Below are positions 11,760 to 20,968 of a stretch of 64,000 nucleotides of DNA, in pieces; position 1 is the first letter of the stretch, and each line of letters opens with the position of its first letter. The stretch is from an uncultured Gemmatimonadales bacterium (GTDB lineage: Bacteria > Gemmatimonadota > Gemmatimonadetes > Gemmatimonadales > GWC2-71-9): assembly GCA_963825055.1 (NCBI GenBank), contig CAWGSK010000030.1:64001-128000 (forward strand), given 5' to 3'. The position numbers and the translations under genes are program-made. Under the pieces are notes generated by a model. It saw nothing but the letters and a program-made list of their open reading frames with translations. It made no database searches and was not told the DNA's origin.

Positions 11760-12920
11760 ATGGATACAACCACTGCCGCTCCCGCACTCACGACCCTGTC
11801 GGAAGAGGAGGAGCTTTTCCGCGACACCGTCCGCGATTTCGCACAGACCGAGATCGCCCCGCATGTCCACGCCATGGACCAGGAGGCGAAGTTCCGTCCG
11901 GATCTCATCCCGAAGTTTTTCGAACTTGGCCTCATGGGTATCGAGATCCCCGAGCAGTACGGCGGGGCCGGCGGCAACATCTTCCTCGCAACCCTGGCCA
12001 TCGAGGAGCTCGCCCGGGTTGACGCATCCGCCGCCATTTATGTCGACGTCCACAACACGCTGGTGAACAACTGCGTCCTCCGCTGGGGCAACAAGGAGCA
12101 GCACACCCGGTACCTGCCCCGGCTGGCCAGTGGCATGCTGGGCGCCTTCGCCCTCTCCGAGCCCGGGAGCGGAAGTGACGCCTTCGCGCTCGCCACGCGC
12201 GCGGAAGAGCGGGACGACCACTGGGAGCTTACTGGCCGGAAATTCTGGATCACTAACGGCGCCGAGGCGGAGTTCTACATCGTCTTCGCGAACGAAGATC
12301 CGGCCAAGGGGTACAAGGGCATCACCGGTTTCATGGTGGAGCGGGATTTCGAGGGGTTCAGCGTCGGCAAGAGGGAGGACAAGCTGGGCATCCGGGCGTC
12401 CAGCACCACCGAACTGATCCTGGAGAAGTGCCGGGTACCGAAGGAGAACGTCCTCGGGCCTGTCGGGAAGGGATACAAGGTCAGTATCGAGACGCTGAAC
12501 GAAGGCCGTATCGGAATCGGCGCGCAGATGATCGGCGTGGCTACCGGGGCCCTCGAGGCCGCCACGGCCTACGTCCAGGAGCGGGAGCAGTTCGGCCGGA
12601 AGATCAGTGAATTCCAGGCCGTGCAGTTCCAGCTGGCCCAGATGGCCACCGAACTGGAAGCTGCGCGGCTCATGGTCTACAACGCCGCCCGCCTCAAGGA
12701 TATGGGGCGCCCGTTCCTCCGCGAGGCCGCGATGGCCAAGCTGTACAGTTCACAGGTGGCCGATCATGTCACCTCCCAGAGCCTCGAGCTCTTCGGCGGC
12801 TACGGCTACTCGAAGGAGTACCCGGCGGAGAAATACTACCGCGATGCCAAGATCGGGACGATCTACGAAGGCACCAGCAACATGCAGCTCCAGACGATTG
12901 CGAAGCTGATGTTGCGGTAG
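11760..12920 (+). CDS. Acyl-CoA dehydrogenase (short/branched-chain type)
   Basis: FALSEPGSGSD, KFWITNG, GGYGY and IYEGTSNMQ motifs. Confidence 0.95.
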   Translation: MDTTTAAPALTTLSEEEELFRDTVRDFAQTEIAPHVHAMDQEAKFRPDLIPKFFELGLMGIEIPEQYGGAGGNIFLATLAIEELARVDASAAIYVDVHNTLVNNCVLRWGNKEQHTRYLPRLASGMLGAFALSEPGSGSDAFALATRAEERDDHWELTGRKFWITNGAEAEFYIVFANEDPAKGYKGITGFMVERDFEGFSVGKREDKLGIRASSTTELILEKCRVPKENVLGPVGKGYKVSIETLNEGRIGIGAQMIGVATGALEAATAYVQEREQFGRKISEFQAVQFQLAQMATELEAARLMVYNAARLKDMGRPFLREAAMAKLYSSQVADHVTSQSLELFGGYGYSKEYPAEKYYRDAKIGTIYEGTSNMQLQTIAKLMLR

Positions 12921-12946
12921 CGTAACTCCTGTGGTGGCGCCCCCAC

Positions 12947-12984
12947 GGGGTCGGACGATTTAACCGTCCGGCCCCTTCGCGTTT
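12947..12984 (+). terminator. Probable terminator hairpin
   Basis: GGGGTCGGACG/CGTCCGGCCCC stem with a weak T tail. Confidence 0.55.
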
Positions 12985-13217
12985 CGCAATTCGTTCGGGG
13001 GAATCTCCGCGAAGTGCGGCGTCCAGGTTGCCGCCTGATAAGGGGTTCCAGGAGGAAGCCAGCGGGGGGCTCCTGGGCCTGGATCTTGCTAGCCTGCAGG
13101 GTAGGTGTGAGATTCATCCGTCGGAAGCGGAAAACCGGTTCCGTACGAGGTGAAGGTCCCGCGGGCTCCCCACCGTCGGTCCAACGTAGCAGTCCCGTAG
13201 CTGGAGGCCGGTTCCTG

Positions 13218-14726
13218 GTGAAATCCCGGCGTGTTCTCTCTGTTGCCTTGTTCATGGCGGCCGCATCCGCGGCCGGGCCTCTGCACGCCCAGGTCCTCGG
13301 TCCAGACATGCGGGACCGCCTCGCCGACTGGTTTCGGACTTCGCAGCGGGTAGCCCCCGGACAGTGGGGGATCGCCATTGCCGACCAGGACGGGCGGCTC
13401 CTCTACGGAGTAGAGCCGCAGCAGATGCTCGTCCCTGCTTCCACTGTGAAGCTTTTCACCACCGGATACGCCCGAACCGTCCTGGGCAGCGATGCCCGGC
13501 TCAGCACACGGGTTCTCGGCCGCGGGATGCTGAATCCCGTCACCGGCACCTGGGAGGGCTCCTGGTCGCTTGAGGTGAACGGGGATCCGTCGCTGGAGAA
13601 CCCGACCGGCGACGGGCCCCGTCTGGCCGACCTGGCCCGGCAGCTGGCCGACCGGGGCATCCGGCACTTGCGCGGCCCGCTTTCGGTTGTCAGCCTGGAT
13701 GGGCTCAAGGCGGACGCGGAGTACCCCAGCACCTGGTCACCCAGGCATTGGGGCCGCCTCTTCGCCCCGCTGATCGGCCCGCTCACACTGCACGAGAACA
13801 TCGTGTCGTTCACGCTCCGCCCCGCCGCCCGGGTCGGTGCCGCGCCGGAGATCGTCTCCGACGAGCCCCACGGGGTACGGAACCTGGTCACGGTAAGAGC
13901 CCGCACCGTGTCGGGTCGCCGCAGTCAGCTGCGCCTGCAGTCGCGGGATGATGGCGGCTGGATCGTCTCCGGAACCATCGGCGCCCACGCCCGCACCCAG
14001 TACTTCGCCGCGGTGGCCTCCAACCCGAAGGCCGTCCTGGCCCGGGCCTGGGCGGCCGCCCTTGAGGAAGCAGGCGTCGAATGGGTCCACACGGACCCGG
14101 ACGAAGCCGCACCAGCCAGCTCCGAACCGTACGTCCTGGCCGAGGTTGCATCGCCCGTGTTCGACTCGGTGGCCAGCGAAGTCAATCGGCGGAGCCTGAA
14201 CCTGGGTGCGGAACTCCTCCTCCAGTGGGCTGCGGGACGGTCCGGCGGGCCGGCGCTGCTGACCCGTCACGTCAAGGACATCACCGGCGACTCGGCGGTC
14301 CACCTGGTGGACGGCAGCGGGCTCTCCGGTGAGGACCGCGCCTCGCCGATGATGTTCGTGCAGTACCTGGCCAGGCTGCCCCTGACCGAGGGAGGACGGA
14401 ACTTCCCCATGCTCCTGCCGGCCAACGGGGTTGGGACGCTCAAGCGGCTCAGCACGGGTCTGCCGGAGCGTGGCGTGGTCCGCGCCAAGACCGGCACCCT
14501 GCGGGACGTCTCGGCGGTCACCGGATACCTCGGCCGGCCTGACGGCGTCCTCATCATTTCGCTCATGTACAACGGCAACAAGACCTACAACGCGCGCCAG
14601 CAGCAGTGGAGGCTTTTCCGCCTGCTGGGCGCCGACGGCGTCGCAATCCCGCGCGATACGCTCGTACCGGACGACATGCAGTTCGGTGGCGAGGATGAGG
14701 GTAGCACCGACGCCGTCAGCGACTGA
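13218..14726 (+). CDS. dacB: D-Ala-D-Ala carboxypeptidase/endopeptidase (PBP4, peptidase S13)
   Basis: PASTVK (SxxK), SLN (SxN), DGSGLS and AKTGTL; GTG start with GGAGG upstream. Confidence 0.92.
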   Translation: MKSRRVLSVALFMAAASAAGPLHAQVLGPDMRDRLADWFRTSQRVAPGQWGIAIADQDGRLLYGVEPQQMLVPASTVKLFTTGYARTVLGSDARLSTRVLGRGMLNPVTGTWEGSWSLEVNGDPSLENPTGDGPRLADLARQLADRGIRHLRGPLSVVSLDGLKADAEYPSTWSPRHWGRLFAPLIGPLTLHENIVSFTLRPAARVGAAPEIVSDEPHGVRNLVTVRARTVSGRRSQLRLQSRDDGGWIVSGTIGAHARTQYFAAVASNPKAVLARAWAAALEEAGVEWVHTDPDEAAPASSEPYVLAEVASPVFDSVASEVNRRSLNLGAELLLQWAAGRSGGPALLTRHVKDITGDSAVHLVDGSGLSGEDRASPMMFVQYLARLPLTEGGRNFPMLLPANGVGTLKRLSTGLPERGVVRAKTGTLRDVSAVTGYLGRPDGVLIISLMYNGNKTYNARQQQWRLFRLLGADGVAIPRDTLVPDDMQFGGEDEGSTDAVSD

Positions 14727-14755
14727 CCCGCGTCAGGCGCAGATCCCGCTGGAGC

Positions 14756-14832
14756 AGGTCGAAAATCCAAGGTCGAAGGTCAGGGGTCGAATAGCTCTTC
14801 GACTTTCGACCTTCGACCTTCGACTTTCGCTT
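14756..14832. repeat. Heptamer tandem-repeat inverted hairpin (AGGTCGA x5 / TTCGACY x5)
   Basis: Directly visible; lies between convergent dacB and anti-sigma genes. Confidence 0.9.
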
Positions 14833-14841
14833 CTCAGCCTC

Positions 14842-15567
14842 TCACAGCATCAGGTGGGCCAGCTCCCGCCCCTCCGGCTTCGGCTGGTCGCCCTCCATCG
14901 GCTCCAGGGTCAGGGCCGCGCCCAGGACGGGCTCGTTGCCGGCGGGCATCCCCATGGTCAGGAGTGCCGGACGCCCCGGTCGGCTGTCGATGGTGGCGCC
15001 CCGGACCATGCCGTCGGGTCGGATGAACCAGAACTGGTAGACGTGCTCCGGGCCTGCGGGTGGCAGGCCATGCACCACGACGTTCCAGCGGTGGGTGACC
15101 GGGTCGGCGAAGATCAGGAGGCCACCCTGGTGACCATCCATCGTGATCGAGGCCTGCATGACCCGCCCCGCATTTCGCATAATCGAGAGAGTGTCGCGGA
15201 CCGCGGCGAGCTCGACCCGCTCCGCCTCGAGATGCTGCTGCAGACGCTGACCCGCCGCCCGCCCACCGAGCCAGGCCCCGCCGGCCAGGAGCAGCCCGGC
15301 AACAGCGGCGGCCGTGGCCATGGCATTCCACCGCCAGCGACTTCCGCCGGCAGCCCGACCGAGAACCGCCGAACGAAACCCGGGAGGTGGTGCAGCGGGC
15401 GTGGCGGCCATGGGCAGCCAGCGCAGGTCACGCTCGATCTCCAGCACGGCCTCGCGACACTCCGCGCATCGCCGGAGATGATCGGCGAAGGTACGTTCGG
15501 CCTCGGGATCGAGGCTCCGCGTCGCGTAGTCCGTCCGGTGCTCGACAAACCAGTCGTGCGAGTTCAT
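14842..15567 (-). CDS. Anti-sigma factor (zf-HC2 plus RskA-like)
   Basis: HLRRCAEC ZAS motif, a TM helix, YQFWFI and LTLEP..G...P RskA-like C-terminus. Confidence 0.88.
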   Translation of the reverse strand: MNSHDWFVEHRTDYATRSLDPEAERTFADHLRRCAECREAVLEIERDLRWLPMAATPAAPPPGFRSAVLGRAAGGSRWRWNAMATAAAVAGLLLAGGAWLGGRAAGQRLQQHLEAERVELAAVRDTLSIMRNAGRVMQASITMDGHQGGLLIFADPVTHRWNVVVHGLPPAGPEHVYQFWFIRPDGMVRGATIDSRPGRPALLTMGMPAGNEPVLGAALTLEPMEGDQPKPEGRELAHLML

Positions 15568-16190
15568 CTGATCCAGTCCTTCAGGTGTGCCAGCGCCGGG
15601 CGCAGTTTGTCGAACGCCAGGCGCAGGCGGGTCTTGACGGTACCGATCGGCAGGTCGAGCCGTCCGGCGATCTCCGAATGGGTGAGCCCCTCGAAGTAGG
15701 AGAGGGCAACCACCCGCTGTTGCTCAGCGGGCAGGTCGTTCAAGGCAGCGTGGACCGCGTCATGCACGTGCCAGCCCGGCCGGGCGGCCTCGTTCGGCTC
15801 GACCGCACGATCAAACGGCTCGGTGGAACCGGCCTCCACCCGGACCCGCCGCAGCTTCCGCCGCCAGCGGCCCCGCGCCCGCAGCCGGTCAATGGCACGG
15901 TTGCGCGCCACGCGCATGAGCCAGGGCATGAGACCGTCAGCTTCCGGGTCCAGCAGGTGCGTCCGCCCCCAGAGAGTGACAAACGTGTCCTGCACCACCT
16001 CCTCCGCCTCATGCCGGTCGTGCAGCATTCCCTGCACAAGGCCGAGGAGCCACGGCGCGGCCACATCAATCAGCTCACCCAGCGCGTCTTCGTCGCCCCG
16101 CAGCAGCCGGTCGCGCAGGCCGCGCTCACGCTCGGCTGGTATCAGGCGGATCCCGCCCGCGCCGCTCTCCCGCCTCATGGAACGTCCCAT
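15564..16190 (-). CDS. ECF RNA polymerase sigma factor (SigK-like)
   Basis: AEEVVQD, WLMRVARNRAIDRLR and GLTHSEIA...PIGTVKTRLR; start 16178-16196 uncertain. Confidence 0.92.
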   Translation of the reverse strand: MGRSMRRESGAGGIRLIPAERERGLRDRLLRGDEDALGELIDVAAPWLLGLVQGMLHDRHEAEEVVQDTFVTLWGRTHLLDPEADGLMPWLMRVARNRAIDRLRARGRWRRKLRRVRVEAGSTEPFDRAVEPNEAARPGWHVHDAVHAALNDLPAEQQRVVALSYFEGLTHSEIAGRLDLPIGTVKTRLRLAFDKLRPALAHLKDWIR

Positions 16191-16227
16191 GCCCATGAAA
16201 CGAGCCGGAACCCGCGGGCAGTTTTCC

Positions 16228-17388
16228 TCACGCCGACAGGGGCCCCACGGCGCGCAGCCGTTCTGACGCCTGTTCCAGCAATGGCAGGGTCTTACAGAAT
16301 GCGAAGCGAACCATCGATCTCCCGCGCGACTGGTCATGGAAGAAGCTCGAGCCCGGCACCGGGGCCACGCCCACCTCCGACGTAAGCCATCGGCTGAAGG
16401 TGGTATCGTCCTCTGCACTCAACGAGGAAAAGTCGGCCAGGACATAGTAGGCGCCCTCGGGCGGCACCAGATCGAACCCCGCATCGGCCAGGGCGCTGCA
16501 GAGCAGGTCCCGCCGTGCGCGATATCCGGACGCCAGGCCGTCGTAGTATGCCCGGTCCAGCTCTTCCAGGGCCACGGCGACGCCGTCCTGAAGCGGTGCC
16601 GGGGCGCCCACGGTGAGAAAATCGTGGACCTTCCGGATGGCGCCGGTCAGGGCGGGCGGCGCGACAATCCAGCCCACCCGCCAGCCGGTGACACTGAACG
16701 TCTTGGAGGCCCCGCTGATGGTGACGGTCCGCTCCGCCATGCCCGGAAACGTGGCCAGCGGCCGGTGCTCTCCAGTGTACCGGATGTGCTCGTAGATCTC
16801 GTCGGTAAAGGCCAGCAGGTCATGCGTCCGGCAGAGGCTGGCGACGCCCTCCAGCTCGGCCGGGGTGAGCACGCGCCCCGAGGGGTTGCCCGGGGTATTG
16901 ACGATGATCGCTCGCGTGCGCGGGGAGACGCTTTCCTTGAGCCGGTCCAGGTCGAGCGGCCGCCCCGGCTCCAGCGGTACGAACACGGGAGTCGCGCCAC
17001 AGAGAATGGCGTCGGGTCCGTAATTCTCGTAGAACGGCTCCGGCACGATCACCTCGTCGCCCGGATCGACCAGGGCCAGCAGGGTGGACGCCATCGCTTC
17101 CGTCGCCCCGCATGTCACCGTCAGCATCGTCTCCGGGTCGACGGCCATGCCATACCATTCCCCGTAGCGGAGCGCGAGCACCTCGCGCAGCCGCTTGCTC
17201 CCCCATGTGATCGCGTACTGGTTGACATCCGCCCGGATCGCCCGGCAAGCCGCCTCCTTCAGGGAATCCGGGGCGGGAAAGTCGGGGAAGCCCTGCGCCA
17301 GGTTGATGGCATCGTGCTGGCGCGCCAGGCGGGTCATTCCCCGGATGACGGACTCGTTGAAGGCGTGCGTGCGGCGAGCGGTGCGCAT
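16228..17388 (-). CDS. Class I/II PLP-dependent aminotransferase
   Basis: INLAQGFPD, NTPGNPSG, DEIY and SKTFSVTGWRVG motifs. Confidence 0.93.
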   Translation of the reverse strand: MRTARRTHAFNESVIRGMTRLARQHDAINLAQGFPDFPAPDSLKEAACRAIRADVNQYAITWGSKRLREVLALRYGEWYGMAVDPETMLTVTCGATEAMASTLLALVDPGDEVIVPEPFYENYGPDAILCGATPVFVPLEPGRPLDLDRLKESVSPRTRAIIVNTPGNPSGRVLTPAELEGVASLCRTHDLLAFTDEIYEHIRYTGEHRPLATFPGMAERTVTISGASKTFSVTGWRVGWIVAPPALTGAIRKVHDFLTVGAPAPLQDGVAVALEELDRAYYDGLASGYRARRDLLCSALADAGFDLVPPEGAYYVLADFSSLSAEDDTTFSRWLTSEVGVAPVPGSSFFHDQSRGRSMVRFAFCKTLPLLEQASERLRAVGPLSA

Positions 17389-17475
17389 TGCAGGTCTCGG
17401 GGGAAGGGGGCCCCGGCAAAATGGCCCCCCCGGTCAAGGACCGGGAGGGCCGGATTGATCACTCGCGGGAGGAAG

Positions 17476-17694
17476 TCAGCTGCGGCGGCCCGCCGTGACG
17501 AGCAACACGATACCACCCACAATGGCGATCCCGCCGATGATCGGGGGAATCGGAACCGTCTTGTTGTGCTCGGTGGTGATTTCCACCGGCCCGAGGTCGG
17601 TCGAGTCCTTGTCCCGGTATGTCACGCCCTGATAGATCAGCGCGAGAATGCCGCCGACAATGAGCACGATTCCGAGGATACCCATGGGCTTCAT
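17476..17694 (-). CDS. Small membrane protein (DUF3185-like)
   Basis: Two TM helices around a DLGPVEI...PIPPIIG loop. Confidence 0.75.
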   Translation of the reverse strand: MKPMGILGIVLIVGGILALIYQGVTYRDKDSTDLGPVEITTEHNKTVPIPPIIGGIAIVGGIVLLVTAGRRS

Positions 17695-17879
17695 CAGCGG
17701 GCTCCGGAATGGGGCGTGTGGTCCATGCTGTGGAACTCACGGGTCCCCTGGAGCAGACGCACGACCGACAGGATGATGGCCAGAATCAGCAACCCGTGGA
17801 TCAGGCCGCCGAAGGTTACCGAGAGTATGAGCCCGGCGAGCCAGAGAACGAGCAACAAGGCAATGACGACACTGAGCAT
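17694..17879 (-). CDS. lmo0937-family small membrane protein
   Basis: LLVLWLAG...FGGLIHGLL signature. Confidence 0.8.
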   Translation of the reverse strand: MLSVVIALLLVLWLAGLILSVTFGGLIHGLLILAIILSVVRLLQGTREFHSMDHTPHSGAR

Positions 17880-17956
17880 GCAATCTCCTGCATTGATGTG
17901 ACAATGTGGGCCGAGTCCGGCCTCTGGTCATTGTGCTCCTCTGCGCGTGAAGTAGC

Positions 17957-17972
17957 CGTGACCCATATCACA
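17957..17972. promoter_or_regulatory. CRP/FNR-family-like binding site
   Basis: CGTGA-CCCATA-TCACA, 9/10 match to TGTGA-N6-TCACA, in a divergent intergenic region. Confidence 0.5.
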
Positions 17973-18046
17973 TGCCTCGGATGGCCTGCTTTGCGGTCAC
18001 CCTGCGGCCCCCCTTACATTCGGCCACCGCACTCATCGGGGGCCTG

Positions 18047-18244
18047 ATGGCTTCACCTGAACGACCGGCGCCATGGGCGCTGGCGGCGCTCGTGCATCTC
18101 GTCCTGCTGGCCTCGGTGCTCATCATGGCCGGGACCGCCTGGTTCCTGCGCACCTCAGGCATGATGGGGCCCGCCAGCCCCGATGACGGTGCCGGCCTCG
18201 GACTCCTGCTCTTCAGCGCCCCGGCCCGCATCGGACCCGCGTAA
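18047..18244 (+). CDS. Small hypothetical membrane protein
   Basis: 65 aa with one strong TM helix, downstream of TTGCGG-N18-TACATT. Confidence 0.45.
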   Translation: MASPERPAPWALAALVHLVLLASVLIMAGTAWFLRTSGMMGPASPDDGAGLGLLLFSAPARIGPA

Positions 18245-18273
18245 CCACACCTTTCCCCTGACCCGGCACGGAA

Positions 18274-19341
18274 ATGCAGAAGACGTCCCTCACCTTTCTC
18301 GAACGACTGCTCGACAGCCCCGGCCCTTCCGGCTTCGAACGTGCCCCGGCCCGGATCTGGCGCGGCGAGGCGGAATCCATCGCGGACCTGGTCCGGGGCG
18401 ATGTCGGCGGGAATTCCTACGCGACACTGAACGCCGAGGGCCGCCCGCGAGTGATGTTCGCGGGGCATATCGACGAGATCGGCATCATGGTGACCTGGAT
18501 CGACGAGAACGGTTTCATCTTCTTCGACACGATCGGCGGGTGGGACCACCAGGTGTTCGTGGGACAGCGGATCCAGGTGCTCGGCCGCGACGGGCTCGTG
18601 CCGGGTGTGATCGGCAAGCAGGCGATCCACATGATCGACAAGGACGACCGCGACAAGGTCAGCAAGGCCTCCGATCTCTGGATCGACATCGGGGCACAGG
18701 ACCGTGCGGACGCCCAGTCCCGCGTGCGCGTGGGCGACGCGGGCGTGCTCGCGGCGGAGCTCCAGCACCTGCCCGGCGGCCGTCTCGTGAGCCGCAGCCT
18801 CGACAACCGGGTCGGCGCATTCGTGGTCCTCGAGGCGCTGCGGCTCCTTGCCGATGACCGTCCAGCCGCCGCCGTTACCGCGGTGGCCACGACCCAGGAG
18901 GAAATCGCCTATACCGGCGGAGGGGCGCGAACCTCTGCCACGGGGCTCGAGGCCGAGGTGGCGGTCGTGGTGGATGTCACGCATGCCACCGACTTCCCCG
19001 GCGTGGAGAAGAAGAAGCATGGCGAGGTGTCGCTGGGAGGTGGGCCAGTGCTCTCGCGCGGCTCCGCGGTACACACCGGCGTGTTCGAGGAACTCGTGCG
19101 GGTGGCGGAGGCGGAGAAAATCCCCTTCACCCTGCAGGCGGCGCCCTGCGTCACGGGCACCGACGCCGATGCGATCTTCACCGCGCACCGCGGGGTCGCC
19201 ACCGGTCTGGTTTCGGTGCCGCTCCGCTACATGCACAGCCCGAACGAAATGGTGATGCTGGAGGACCTGACCCAGACGGCCCGTCTGCTCGCGGCGTTCG
19301 CCCGCGCGCTCGGCAACCGAACCGACTTCGAGACCCGCTAA
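18274..19341 (+). CDS. M42-family metallopeptidase
   Basis: GPSGFE, GHIDEIG, LDNRVG, QEEI, DVTHA, GTDA and RYMHSP motifs. Confidence 0.95.
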   Translation: MQKTSLTFLERLLDSPGPSGFERAPARIWRGEAESIADLVRGDVGGNSYATLNAEGRPRVMFAGHIDEIGIMVTWIDENGFIFFDTIGGWDHQVFVGQRIQVLGRDGLVPGVIGKQAIHMIDKDDRDKVSKASDLWIDIGAQDRADAQSRVRVGDAGVLAAELQHLPGGRLVSRSLDNRVGAFVVLEALRLLADDRPAAAVTAVATTQEEIAYTGGGARTSATGLEAEVAVVVDVTHATDFPGVEKKKHGEVSLGGGPVLSRGSAVHTGVFEELVRVAEAEKIPFTLQAAPCVTGTDADAIFTAHRGVATGLVSVPLRYMHSPNEMVMLEDLTQTARLLAAFARALGNRTDFETR

Positions 19342-20840
19342 CCCTCTTCGCGGCGCTCCAGGGCCTCGCGGGCAGCGGCCGCGGCCGTGCGCACCTCATC
19401 GTCCCGGTCGTCCTCGAGGCGTCGGAGCGCCGTGACCGCGGTGCGGCCGCCCGCGGTGCGAAGCCCGGCGACCGCCGCCAGGCGGGCCCCCAGCGGACGG
19501 CGCCGGAAGAGGCGTCGCGCCGGCAGGGCCCGGTCCGCCAGCACCCGCGCCGCATCCTCCGTCCCGATTCGTCCCAGGGCATGCAGCAGTTCGTGCAGGA
19601 TATCCGCCTCTTCCTCATGATCGAGCCGCCCCACGATGGCCGGCACGAGGTTCCGGAAGCTGACGCTACCGATCGTCATGGCCACCTGCAGCCGGACGGC
19701 GGTGGATGGATCGGACAGCGCGCGCCGGAGCGGGTCCATGGCGGCGACGGTGCCGATCTTCCCAAGGGCGCCGGCGGCCGAGCGCCTCACCCGTTCATCA
19801 CGGTGGTCCATGGCACGCGCGAGCCCGGGAATGGCCTCGGCGAGGCCCATCTCGCCGCACAGGTCCGCCACGTTCCGGACCACGAACCATTCGTCGTGAT
19901 CCAGCATGTTCACCAGGAGCCCGTGACCCTCCCGCATGTGCAGGATCGCGGAGAAGTACGACCGCCGCTCCCCCACATCCGTCGCCGCCACGAGATGACG
20001 CAGCAGCACCTCCGTGGCCTCCCCCCCGTACGACCGCAGGATGGCGACGGCCCGCTCCTTGTGGGCTCCGGAGGGGACAAACTCCGCGACCCGCTCCAGG
20101 GAGAAGCGCGGGACGAGGCGGCGGAGAGCAATGCCATAGAGCCGGCGATGCTCGTCATGAGTCGCCCGGTCCTCCAGCTCGGCGAGACGTGCCCCGACGG
20201 TCAACACGTCGTTCCAGATCTCCGTCTGCGCCGCCATCTCACCGAAGCTCACCACGGCATCCAGCAGTTCCGCGATCTGCGTATCGGTCTCGGCGGCCTC
20301 GAGGTCAGCCAGGAGCTGCTCGGTTTCGCTGCTGGTCTGCCGCTCGACGGACATGAAGTGGATCAGCTCCGGCGTCATCTCGGTCGAGGCCCCGACTCCC
20401 AGGGCTTCGAGCCGGTGATCCGCCGGGGAACTGCTGGCTTCGGGAAGCGGCGGGCGGAAGTCCACTCCCCGTATGCCCTCCGCCGTCAGATGGTCCAGAC
20501 GTTGCTGGAGCCGCGGATACTGCTCCGGCGAGGCCACCACGGTTCGGAGCGCGCCGAGTAGCTGGGTGGCGGGCAGCCCGCCGGGGAGATGGACTTCGCC
20601 GATGCCTCGCTTCAGGAGCTCGCTGCGGAGGTGGTCGAGGGCTTCGTCCCCGCCCACCGGGACGGTGACGCCGTTGAACACCAGGGCCCCGAAACGGACG
20701 GCCAGGGCCAGTTCCTGGTCGCCATGCCGCGCAAGAAATGCGCGAAAGGCCGCGCGCTGATCCTCCAGGGGCGCATGCGCGTCCTGCAGGAGGGTGAGAA
20801 CGCGGGCCAGGGTGACCAGCGAGACAGAATCAGATTCCAT
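19338..20840 (-). CDS. HEAT/PBS-lyase repeat protein
   Basis: Repeated D.EWFVVRN / DERVRRSAA.ALG / VRL.A units. Confidence 0.85.
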   Translation of the reverse strand: MESDSVSLVTLARVLTLLQDAHAPLEDQRAAFRAFLARHGDQELALAVRFGALVFNGVTVPVGGDEALDHLRSELLKRGIGEVHLPGGLPATQLLGALRTVVASPEQYPRLQQRLDHLTAEGIRGVDFRPPLPEASSSPADHRLEALGVGASTEMTPELIHFMSVERQTSSETEQLLADLEAAETDTQIAELLDAVVSFGEMAAQTEIWNDVLTVGARLAELEDRATHDEHRRLYGIALRRLVPRFSLERVAEFVPSGAHKERAVAILRSYGGEATEVLLRHLVAATDVGERRSYFSAILHMREGHGLLVNMLDHDEWFVVRNVADLCGEMGLAEAIPGLARAMDHRDERVRRSAAGALGKIGTVAAMDPLRRALSDPSTAVRLQVAMTIGSVSFRNLVPAIVGRLDHEEEADILHELLHALGRIGTEDAARVLADRALPARRLFRRRPLGARLAAVAGLRTAGGRTAVTALRRLEDDRDDEVRTAAAAAREALERREEG

Positions 20841-20968
20841 GCATCATGAGCAGGAATGGGTAGAGGGAGTCCGGCCAAGATACCCCCACACCACCGGCCC
20901 GGCAATGCGCGGAAGCGCTCCCCTGCCGCCGTTGACGCCCCGCTATCCCGGAGGTTTTCTTCCCAGTC

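Noticed and set aside
12985..13217. c-di-AMP (ydaO) riboswitch before dacB
   Set aside because: Only fragments (GGGGGAA, CCCGTAGCT) resemble it; the conserved GCTGAA and CAGCTAACC elements are absent.
14756..14832. Short repeat arrays as possible CRISPR
   Set aside because: Units are 7-9 nt with no unique spacers, and there are no cas genes in the window.
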